A DNA stretch of 30,179 nt from Caecitellus pseudoparvulus (taxonomy: Eukaryota > Protista > Bigyra: Bicosoecida). The notes below the pieces were generated by a model, which did not search any database, was not told the DNA's origin, and worked only from the letters and a program-made list of their open reading frames with translations. Positions 7,844 to 18,000 of this stretch are shown in pieces. Position 1 is the first letter of the stretch. Every line of letters starts with the position of its first letter. The translations under genes were made by a program, and so were the position numbers. Location: assembly GCA_965644315.1 (NCBI GenBank), contig CBFFRQ010000141.1, positions 1-30,179 of the forward strand, given 5' to 3'.

Positions 7844-10800
7844 CGGTCGCTTCCTTCACAGCAATTGCAACCAGATAGGGCTGGTGTCTCTTCAGTGACC
7901 CTGTCTTTGCCTTCGAGTGCCACAGCTGTGCCTGCCTCTCAGGATGCTTCCTCAACTCAAGTCACGCTGTGGTTCCTTCAACCGACGGCGGCATCGCGCT
8001 CGGCGGCGACGAATTCTTCCCAGTCAGCCACTGACAGCCCCGACACACGCAACGTGAAGCCCCTGCTTGACCTGACCTACTCTGGGGTGCTGCTGCCCGC
8101 AGTGTCTGGCTCAGACGCCAGCGCTGGCAGTACTGGCAAGGCAGTTGCAGATCTGCTCGCTGCGTACGGCAACGTCGACACTGCGCAGGGGAGCTCCTCT
8201 GTGACTGTGTCCTCAGCTCGCCTGCCGCACAGGGGAGTGTACCAGGGCGCGTACAACGTGTACACCATGCAGGTGTCGCTGTCTGTTCTCGCGTCAGGGC
8301 TCGGCGGCGGCGCAACGTCTGGCGTTGCAGCAGCCGGCAACCCCAGCCCAACTTCATCTCCCGAAATGGTGCTTGGCTGGCAAGCACTCGTGACCAGCGC
8401 TGCTGTGTGCCCGACCTCTGTGCAGTACGCCATGTTGCCGAACCAGCAAGACTCCTCTGTGACTGTGGAGATCACGAACCTGGATGTGCAAGGCGTGGTG
8501 GTGGTCGTCACGCCCAGCCTTGAGATGTCCGGGCCCACTTCCATTGTTCCTTCGGACGGCATTCTCCGCCTGGCAGAATTCGTGACCCCTCCCGGGGAGT
8601 GGCGCAATGCCACAGTCAATACTAACCCTGGGCAGCAGTATGCCGATACCGCGTGCGAGGACTGGGCATGTGCCTTCTCCGCGTCTACCGTTTCGCCCAT
8701 TGACGGCTTCCCATACGCCTTCAACTTAACGGCACACGCACAGGGCGCTGGGGCACACCCAACTATCATTCCGAAGGGCTTGACTGCGGCTGCTGTGCCT
8801 GCTGGCTCCACATTGGGCGTGTACCTGAGCGTGTTCTACGCGTACCCGGGCTCCATCCCGTGCCTGGACCAAGACCAAACCGAGCACTTCACTCTGCACT
8901 TCTTTGAGGAAGTGTCCAATGGCGACCCGGACTACTTCTCTGGCCAGGCTGGCGTGCCTCAGTACCGTCTGCTGGAGCAGCGTGTGGTGGAGGTGGGCAT
9001 GCAGCGCCTGCTGGGACAGGCTTCCCGCGCGCGCTCGCAGCTCATTCCCCTGCGGCGCCAGTCGTCAGCATTCGTAAACATCATGGCCCAAGGACAAGGC
9101 CTGCGCCCTGTCGCCCTGCTGGCTTTGCGCGACGCTTTTGGGCACCCTCGCCCATGCGCTGGGGACGTGCCTGCCATCGACGCTGAGCAGATCTTGGTTG
9201 ACCTTCCCGGCGGCGGGTCAGCGGGTGGCGCGCAGACTGGCAACGGCTCAACAGTGGTCACATCGTACACCGCTGTGGGGCCAGGCCTGTACCTCGTCTC
9301 CATGCGTGCTGCGCTGCCCGGCCTCGTGCAGCTGAGCGCCCGGCTGTCCTCTGCCTCCACAGCACCTCTGCAGCCTTTGCAGGTGAAGGTTTTGCCCGCG
9401 AACTGCACTGCTGGCAGCCTGCTTCCGGACACAACCCAGAACAACATGACGTGCCTGTGCTCGCTTGGTCATGGCGGGGCTATTTCTGACGGCATCTCCG
9501 CCGCTGTTGCCCAGAATGCGCTGCGGGATCAGGGCGCCAACTCAGCCCAGTTGGCGGCTCTGTGGAGCCCCCAAGTTCAGGCTGCCATGGACGAGCTGGT
9601 TTTGGAGGGCATGCCGCAGTCCATCGCCCAGATTTCCTTGGCCACGGGGGGCTTTACAGACACAGGCGGCATCGACGTGTGCAACATTTACACCCAGGCC
9701 ACTGGGGAGGTGAGCGGCGGCTTGAACATCCCCGCGTACGTTCCCGAGGCGGACGCGTTCCGCTTCTCTGCCCTGGAAGCCATGTCATCCTTGGCTGCTT
9801 CCAAGGAGTCTTCTGGGCGCGTAGAGTGCTCTCCCTGCGAGCCAGGCGAGCGGTCCTCCGGCTACTCTGTGGAGCAGTGCCTGTCCTGCTCTGCGGGGCA
9901 GTTCTCTGCACCTGGATCAGAGACATGTAAGGCGTGTCCTGACTCTGGTGCGACCTGCGTGAACGGCGTGCTGCGCGTGGATGACGACCACTGGTGGGAG
10001 CGCGGCGAGACCCTGTCTGCTGCAGACGCCGCCACGAGCGGCCTGCGCTTTCACTCATGCCCTCTGATTGGCCTGTGCAATGTCGAAGACGTTCGCTCCA
10101 GCGATGCTGCCGCGGCTGACTCCTCTGCTGCGCCATCGGGGGGTGCGCGGCGCTTGGCTGCGTTTGCAACAAACTTGGACTTTGAGACAGGCAAGTTCCT
10201 GGAAACAAGTCGCAGCTCCTTCAACACTTGGTGGGCCGAGGCATGGGGCGCCGCAGCGCCCGAGGAGGAGGCTGCACGCCACCTGCAGTCCCTGGGCAAC
10301 TTTTCCCTGGTGAACGACAGCAGCCTCAGCTTGAGCCTGGCTGCCTTGTCTGAGCAGCGTGTGTACTGCTTTGACGGACACACGGGGCCACTGTGCCAGT
10401 CCTGTGTCCCTGGGTATGTCAACGCTGGCACAGGCGCTTGCTCCAAGTGCACGGGCGTCGTCGTCTCGTGGATTTTGATGGTGCTGGCGGTCATCTTCAT
10501 CACCGCGTTCGCCGTGTTCTGGATTCGGCGCCGTGTGCGCCGCAGCCGCTTCCGCACCACCCAGTCCGGCTCCCAGCGTATTGGGCTGTCTTTCATTCAG
10601 ATGTGCACCGTGCTCACGGCGCTGCGTCTGCGTGTGCCCGAGCTCTTCGGCGTCATTGAGCAGGGCGGCTCTGTCGGTGACGGCGTGTCCATGGACTTGT
10701 ACCCCGTGCAGTGCACGTTCCACCCCACCTACCACAACCGGCTGCTGGGCTACATGCTGATGCCTGTCATTGCCATGATCTTGCCTGCAATCGTCCTCTT

Positions 10801-12281
10801 CGCCACGCTCCCCTGCCGTCGCGCGCAGTGGGAGAAGCGAGAGGCGAAGCGCCAAGAGCTCATCAAGAAGTTGGGGGCTGAGGGCGCGACGGGGGATGAT
10901 GCCGCCGCTGCATCTGGCAAGGATGACGCCATGGTCTCCAACCCCCTGCGCGTGGCAGGCTCAAACGCAACTCCAGGGGGCGATGAGTTCTCCAGCAGCC
11001 CGGCAGAATCCGCTAAGGATGGCTCCAAGGCTGGCGAAGGTGCAAAGGCCAAGGCAGACGGCAAGGGGAAGAAGAACCTGCATCCCTCGCCCTGAGCTGC
11101 CGCCCACAGTGGAGGGGTCCAAGAACTTGGCGTACGCCTCGGCGGTCGTGCTCGTTTTCCTTGTGTACAACCGAGTCTTCCGTGAGCTGGTGTCTGCCTT
11201 CCACGAGTATCAGTACCCCGTGGAGGGACATCCCCGTCTCGCCGCTGACCTGACCGTCCTTGCCGACTCCCCAGAGCACCTGTTCTGGCGAGTCATTGCT
11301 GGCATCCTGCTGGCTGTGTACGCCGTGGGCCTGCCAATCGGCACGCTCATCCTGCTGTACCGCAACCGCGAGCACCTGTGGCCCACTGCCGAGGGCCTGG
11401 CTCTCGAAGATCGCCTGAAGCGTGGCGTGCTGGATGGCAAGGCTTCCTCTGCCAAGAAGCCTCGCCGCCAAAGCCAGGCCTTCCGTGAGGCAGTGAAGAT
11501 CCAAGGCAAGATGGAGCGCTCAGACCAAGCCAAGCTGAGCGCCCTGCTTGCCCAGCACCAAGTCTTCCACCGCTTCTCATTCCTGTACGATGGCTACCGC
11601 CATGACCTGTACTGGTGGGAAACCCTCGTTGTTGTGCGCAAGATCCTGGTGGTGCTCGTGTCTGCCACCATCACGGACGGCCACACGCAGATGTTCGCTG
11701 CAGCGGGCATCATCACCGTCGCCCTCGCACTGCAACTCTCTGTGCAGCCCTACCTGATCCCGGCGCTGAATGCCCTGGAGACACTGTCTCTCGTGTCCAC
11801 GCTCATCCTCATGCTGGGCTCGCTGCTCTTCTGGCAGGTGGGGTCTGAGCCTGGTCCTGCCACCGCTCTGACTGCAGTGCTGTTCGTCGTCCTCATCGTG
11901 ACTCTCATCATTTTCCTGTACGGCATGGGTGGCAACGCCTCCAAGTCCCGCCTTCGTAAGGCCATTGGCGAGAAGCACTTCAAGACTTGCACCCGCTGCA
12001 TCAAGCGCAGCTGCAAGAACAAGCGCTCTCCAGCCGAGATCCGTGCGGAGATGCTGGCTGACGAAGCCCAGTATGAAGCTGCTCTGCAGGGCTCCAGCAA
12101 CCCCATGGCGAAGAAGGCAGCTGCAGCCGAGAGCAAACAGGCTTTCGCGTCGTCTGGCATCGGCACCGATGGCGGCGGCATGATGACATCTCCTCTGGCT
12201 GGTCGGCCGCTCGCTGGGCTTGGCCGCCAGCGCGACGAAGTGAAGACGCGCACGACGTTCGAGCCCAAGGAAACCACTTGA
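7844..12281 (+). CDS. Large Cys-rich multi-pass membrane protein (Ig-like ectodomain, CxxC repeats, TRP-like/multi-TM C-terminus); 5'-truncated and frameshifted near 11075, possibly a pseudogene
   Basis: ORFs 7865-11095 and 10896-12281 join into one coherent protein: CSPCEPG..CLSCSAGQFS..CKACP repeats, CFDGHTGPLCQSCVPGY, then many hydrophobic helices including FSFLYDGYRHDLYWWETLVVVRK and LQLSVQPY..LNALETLSL. No ATG or signal peptide at the 5' end; frame open from 7844. Confidence 0.8.
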
Positions 12282-12590
12282 GTGTGGCCGCGCCACATTG
12301 ATGCGCGATTGTGTTCAGTTGCTGTCCAAATGCACCCTCCGTGCCAAGAGTGTGCGAGCCACGTCCTAGTCTTTGCGTGGCAGGCAAAAGCCCCCCACCT
12401 GACACTTTGAACTCCACCGCGCGCTCACCAAGCGGCGACGGCAGTGGCCACCAGCAGAAAGACATCGCAAACTATTGTTTCATTAAGCCAGGCTTGCTTC
12501 AGACGGCCCGGCTCGCGGGGCTTTGGGGCTCCCCGCTTCAAAGCCGACCGCCGATGCACACGCGAAACGCTGAAACGCAGCTGCCGCATC

Positions 12591-13301
12591 ATGGCTGCAC
12601 AGCTCCAACGGGCAGGAGAGCTGGAGGCATTGTTGCCCAAATTTGGATATTCATCGTGGCGGTCTGACGCCCAGCGTCAGGCGGTAGAAGCCGCTGCGTC
12701 TGGCAAGGATGCCATGGTGTGCCTGCCCACTGGAGGCGGCAAAACTCTTGTGTATGCTTTGCCTGGCCTCATGGCCGCCGTGGGCGTCACAGTGTGCCTA
12801 TCGCCTCTGATTGCCCTCATGGACGATCAAACAAGACGCCTCTCCGCCACTGGGAATGTTCCTGCCGCTGCTTGGCACAGCGAGATTGGCAAGCCCGCAG
12901 AACGTGCTCTCCTGGCTGACCTCGCGAGCGCAGCCCCGAAGACAAGAGTCGTCCTTTGCTCTCCAGAGCGCGCAATGTCGCACACTGGCATGCGGCTACT
13001 CACAGACCTTGCTGAACGGGGTCTTCTGCTGCGCCTTGTCGTGGATGAGGCACACTGCATAAACCAGTGGGGTCACGACTTCAGACCCTCATACTCCAAG
13101 CTAGTGGGGCTGCGCAGCAGCTTGCCTGGAGTGCCCCTGCTCGCACTGACAGCCACAGCCACCCCTTATGTTCTCCAGGCTGTTTGTCAGCAGCTGGGCA
13201 TGACGCTCCCCCCGCCTGCTCCCACTTTGCCTCCGCCCGAAGCTGCCATTGTCCTTCGCGCCCCTGTGGATCGGCCTGAATTGCGGTACACCGTGGCGTA
13301 G
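12591..13301 (+). CDS. RecQ-family helicase, N-terminal RecA (DEAH) domain only, 236 aa
   Basis: [11 protein letters not shown] (motif 0), LPTGGGKT (I), [10 protein letters not shown] (Ia), [19 protein letters not shown] (II + aromatic loop), LALTATAT (III), DRPELRYTV, then TAG. Motifs IV-VI not found downstream. Confidence 0.85.
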   Translation: MAAQLQRAGELEALLPKFGYSSWRSDAQRQAVEAAASGKDAMVCLPTGGGKTLVYALPGLMAAVGVTVCLSPLIALMDDQTRRLSATGNVPAAAWHSEIGKPAERALLADLASAAPKTRVVLCSPERAMSHTGMRLLTDLAERGLLLRLVVDEAHCINQWGHDFRPSYSKLVGLRSSLPGVPLLALTATATPYVLQAVCQQLGMTLPPPAPTLPPPEAAIVLRAPVDRPELRYTVA

Positions 13302-13486
13302 GGGGAGACGCACTTTACAGGCTGCCATTCAAGGGTACAGTTACTCGTTTCTATCACCCTTGAAGCTTTGAGCCTCCCGACACCGCCGAGGGTTGACGGC
13401 AAAGCAGATTTTGTCAGTGCAAAGCGGACACGCCAGCCCTTTGGGTCTGGGCGGTGCGCTACCCTTACTTCGTCACGGCGGCAGCC

Positions 13487-15019
13487 ATGGCTACGGCTGA
13501 GATAAAGACCGCCCATGCATTGCCTGTACTCGCTGTGGGTGATGCATCGGCCTTGACGCGGCAGTTCCCAGCGTCGCTTGCCCTGGCGACGCTGGGCGCC
13601 TTTGTCGAGGTGGGGCCTGGCACAACCGGCACGGCCCTCTTGGAGCAAGCCAGCGCTGACGTGCTGCAGCACTGCTCCACGCCCATTGCAGGAGAAGGCA
13701 GGCCTTCCGTCATTCGGGATCTTCTGAACGCCGCCTCGCCAGGTGACGCGGTGTACAGCAGCGGTGCGGGCCTGCCCTCGGCGCAAGCCGTTGCCAAGTG
13801 CCGCGCGGCGAAGCAGCTCACTGCGCTGCACTCGCTCCCCTTTGACAAGCTGGCTTCGTCTTATCTAGACTGGCTGACCCTGGGAACTCGGCCCGTGCCT
13901 GGGGAGGCGTGGGTGGTGGATGCTGGCCAGGCTGAAGTGACCCTGCGACTTGCGCAGCCTGCAGCGCTGACACGTGTTGGGCTGCTGCTCCCTACCAAGT
14001 ACCAGATACACGAAGAATCACAGTGCATGCCCTTCTCCGTGACCTTGCAGTGTGTCGACGGTAACAGGCCTGTTCCGTATGCGAGTGGCACCCTCATTGC
14101 TGACCCTGAGGCAGGTGAAGCGTGGGTGGACGTGGAGGCGGCATCCCAGTGCATGCGCTTCAAAGCGACGTTTTTCACCAACCAGCAGCGCATTTATGTG
14201 TACAGGTTTGTCTTGCAGGCTTGGCCGGCCTCCTCAGCCAGCCCGAATGCACAGTTCCCGCCCAGCGGGCCAACATTCGGAGTGACGGTCAGCGTTGGTG
14301 ATCGTGCATTGTCACCGCTCGTCACATTCACAAAGAGGCTCCCACTTCACTTCACACCACATCACTCACAGGCTTCAAACAGTTGTTTGGTTGCGCAGCA
14401 TCTGCCATTTCAGCGCTCGATTCCACAGCCATGGCTTGCGGAATTCTACCCTACGAACTCAAGCTGCACCGGCCCAATGCACAGTGCAGCACAACACCAA
14501 CTTGGGCAGTCAGACTGCATGATTGACACCTGCTGCTGCATCTTGGATATCTGGCCGGCAGAGCAGGCGTTCTGCAATGAACGTCGGCTGCAGATTGCTG
14601 CTGCGGAAATCGACTCGGCTGGGGCAAGCACTCCTGCTTGGCCTCGCTTGGCTTCCACAGGCCTCCTGAGGCACGGACAGCCCCAACGCATTCCCGCCGC
14701 ACTCGAAGCGTCTGGACAGGCATCACCTTGCCGTTTCCTCAGGGCTACAATAGCAGGCGAGGCTTCCCTCTACCCTTGGACCGGCTGCGAGACTTGCCCC
14801 GTGACCGGGCGGCAGCTTGTGGGACGAACTGTCCAAGCCCCTGATGAGCCCGCCGGGCATCCCCCGGAGCCACCTTTGCATCTGCTGGTGCCTTACTTTC
14901 ACCCCTCCCTTGTTGTGCTTGCTTGCGAGCAGCAAGCACTTTTTCGCGGGCATCCTGGGCTGTACCTCGCATCAGGCGCATTGTGTTCGCTTTGTCCCCC
15001 GTCGTCACGCGGGTGGTAA
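13487..15019 (+). CDS. Hypothetical protein, possible galactose-binding-like/discoidin beta-sandwich at ~13900-14230; true 3' end uncertain
   Basis: ATG in gccATGg context. Pattern W..D....VTLRLAQPAALTRVGLL...FKATFFTN..RIYVYRFVLQA resembles jelly-roll domains. Past ~14250 the translation looks non-coding and overlaps the convergent gene. Confidence 0.55.
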   Translation: MATAEIKTAHALPVLAVGDASALTRQFPASLALATLGAFVEVGPGTTGTALLEQASADVLQHCSTPIAGEGRPSVIRDLLNAASPGDAVYSSGAGLPSAQAVAKCRAAKQLTALHSLPFDKLASSYLDWLTLGTRPVPGEAWVVDAGQAEVTLRLAQPAALTRVGLLLPTKYQIHEESQCMPFSVTLQCVDGNRPVPYASGTLIADPEAGEAWVDVEAASQCMRFKATFFTNQQRIYVYRFVLQAWPASSASPNAQFPPSGPTFGVTVSVGDRALSPLVTFTKRLPLHFTPHHSQASNSCLVAQHLPFQRSIPQPWLAEFYPTNSSCTGPMHSAAQHQLGQSDCMIDTCCCILDIWPAEQAFCNERRLQIAAAEIDSAGASTPAWPRLASTGLLRHGQPQRIPAALEASGQASPCRFLRATIAGEASLYPWTGCETCPVTGRQLVGRTVQAPDEPAGHPPEPPLHLLVPYFHPSLVVLACEQQALFRGHPGLYLASGALCSLCPPSSRGW

Positions 15020-18000
15020 CTTTGATGTCACTTGTGGCCTGCTTGAGAGTGTCCAAGTAGGCACTATTGCCATCGCCGTCACCCTGCCGCTTGGCGCTGC
15101 GCAGGGGCGAGAACATCATGAACGCACCAGCACTCTCCGGCTCTTTTTTTGTTGGCTCGTGGCTTTGCCGACCCGCAAGCAGCGCAGCCAGCATCAGATC
15201 ACGCTTAATGTCTGGTTCCTCAGCGTCCATCAAAGCTGCTGGTGGGTGCTGGATGGAGCCCAAACCAGGGGATTGCACGCCGCCGTTCCCCGCCAGGGTG
15301 CTTGCAGGCGCTGCTTGGCCGTGCGCACCGTGGCCGGGCACAGCACTGGTCAGCACCCGTGTGCTGCGGGGTCCAGTGGTGAGTTGCGGAGCTGCTTCGC
15401 CTCTAAGGCCATGGGGGCCCCTTGCCGCAGACCGCTGGAGTGTTTGCAGCGGCATGGTCGGGATCACTAGCTCTTGACTGTTTCCAGCCCTGAGCAGCAT
15501 TGGGTGAAGTGCATGGCGATTGCGTTTCACCCAAGCTGCAGTGCTGAGCGGATCAGCACTGCTTCTATGGCTTTGCGGGGTGCGCGCGTACTCCAGGCCT
15601 TTTTGCATGGCTGCAGCATGCTGCGCAGGCGATGAAGGCACGTGCCGACCGCCAGAGTTTGCACTTGTCCCTGAGGCGGCCCCTGGGCCTTGCTTGGGCC
15701 GAACAGCAATGGTAGCGTCGGGGTTGAGGACTCTGCGCAAGGCAGACGTGTCTGGCTTGCGCAACAGCTTGTCCAGACCCTCCTGGATTGTCTCTTTGGC
15801 TCGGGCCAGGCCGGAGTACGCCCACCGACACATGCGTTCAAGCCAGAGCGCAGGGAGCATGAGCCAGAGGCAAACTGATATGGGCACCCAAAGTTGTGCC
15901 CACAGTACCCATGCGATGGAGGTTAACGTCAGTTGAGAAGGCACTGCCTCATCCTCGTGGGGAATATCAAACGCGGCAGCTGTTCGCGCGCCGCCCCCCT
16001 CTGCTCGAACAGTCCACAAGTACAGCAGAATACGAAGCGACACTTGACCCAGCGCAGATGCCAAGACCAGGCCTGTAGTCAATGAGCGGGTCAGCGTCAC
16101 CAGTTGCAGGCGCTTCACAACTGCACGTTGGCGGAGTGCACTGCGACGGTGCGCTGCCGTCGCTCCAGCAGGCAGGACCACAACATGAGAGAATTTGGAC
16201 CTTTGGTCAATGTGCTGGAACATATTGAAGGGGCGGAAGTATGCGTAGGAGCACACAAACGCACAAAGAAGTGCGCACATGATGAACATGCGAGGCACAA
16301 TGCTGGGCAACAAGACCGGCAAAAGGGCACAGAAGCAGACGAGCAGGTGCCACACTGCATGCCACCACCACAGAAGGGGCCTGCTCCACCCCCACAAGAA
16401 TCCGTGTTCCCGCCAAGCATGCTGCCGCCCTCGCACAACACCACCGCCAGCCTGCGCAACGGTGGCCATCACTCCCTGTACCTTGAAGTGCCTTGACGAT
16501 GCGGCACTGCTCGTGGCGTACGCACGAGACAGGGCTGCGACTGGGCCCACGGCGACAAGCCCGATGATGACAATGGAGCAAATTCGTAGCAACCACCGCT
16601 GTGCCGGCCCTGTGTGGGTGAAACCAATCCGCAGAACCCAGTCCCCCTTCAAAGTTTCTACCTCCGGGAACGCAGACGCGGCAGTGGCAAGAATAAGACT
16701 CGGCCCGGCTGCCCAAGATAGCATGACCAGTGCTCGGTGGAGGGCGTGCCACACCCGCTGCAGCGTCTGTGCCTGCTCGTCCACAACTCGCGCCCAAACA
16801 GACATGATACTCGCGATGAGTGCAGCTGCCAGCGCGAAGCCAGCGCCTGCAAGGGGAAGCCACAAAGATGCAGTGCCATCTCGCTTCATCAAACAAGCTG
16901 CATCAAAGGTTGCAGGCGAGAAGACGCTGGGAAGTCCAAGCATGGCATCAGTGAGAGATGTTGCGCCTTCCCCGCCTCCCCTTACAGCGTTCAACACGAA
17001 GCAAAGCTGCAAGTGCAGCAGCAGCATCCAGGCTGCGAAGGGGCGCAGAGTAGGGTCGACCCTAAAGCGCACCGCCTCCTCGAGGGCTGTAACCCCGCGC
17101 TTGATGCTCATTGTTGCCAACTGTACAGCATCTGAAGCGATGCTGTGTGCTGCTGTCACTGCAAGAGCGGCTCCCGACTCCATGTGCACCAGCCTGACGC
17201 CCAGCAGCTGCATGGAGGGAGCCGTGCGCCAGCTGATCCCAAACACCGAGTACAGCGCCAAGCCCAAGATCCCAGCAACAATCACAGCTGCTACTGCGTT
17301 TGCAAAAGGCCGACAACGTGCGCAGAGGCCTGCGACACCATGCGACGCCGGGAAGTGTCGCCAGCCGCTCACGCAGCGCGAGCACAGGCCCAGCCGAGGC
17401 TCGTGCCCGGGCGCACATTCAGTGTTGGTCATCTTTGCACTGCACCTGCCCAGTGAAGGTGATTGATCAGTTGCGCTCCGGCAAGCCAGAACGTTGTAAC
17501 AAGTTTTGGCGCTGAACGAGCCGATGGAGCCAGAGTGGAATCGGTAGCCCGTCACAACACGCCCGTGTCCTTGCCGGCACTCCACGCCCTCGCCACATGG
17601 TACACACTGGGCAGCACCACATAGTGATGAAGTTCCACTGGGGCAAACTTCACAGACACCAGGGTCGAGCACCCCGCGAAGCGTGGACGTTTGAGAGAAG
17701 CTGCCTGAAGGGCACGGCTCACAGCGTAGAGTTGCCGAAGAAGCCGCAGCCAGCGCTTGTGTTGAGTTTCGAGCATGCCCAGGCGCACACTCACAAGTGA
17801 GTCCTCCGTTGCCATGTGTTGCTCCCTGCCTCGAGCAGTTTGCTGGCAGAACCTGCAATGTCAGGGGCTCCGAGAGAGCGCTGCAAAGCCCACCGTCGTC
17901 GCCTTGAGCACTTGCATCACCCCACCACCATGAGTTGTGAAGGTTGCTTGTTGGTGCAGGTGGCTGTCTTGGGTACAAGACAACAGCTAGGCTCCTATTG

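Noticed and set aside
268-7867. 9-bp inverted match caattgctg (268) / cagcaattg (7859)
   Set aside because: Mostly a 6-bp palindrome, does not extend, has no TSD, and the right copy lies inside the host reading frame.
11069-11095. Programmed ribosomal frameshift in the membrane gene
   Set aside because: No recognised slippery heptamer or shift-prone stop context. An indel is the simpler explanation.
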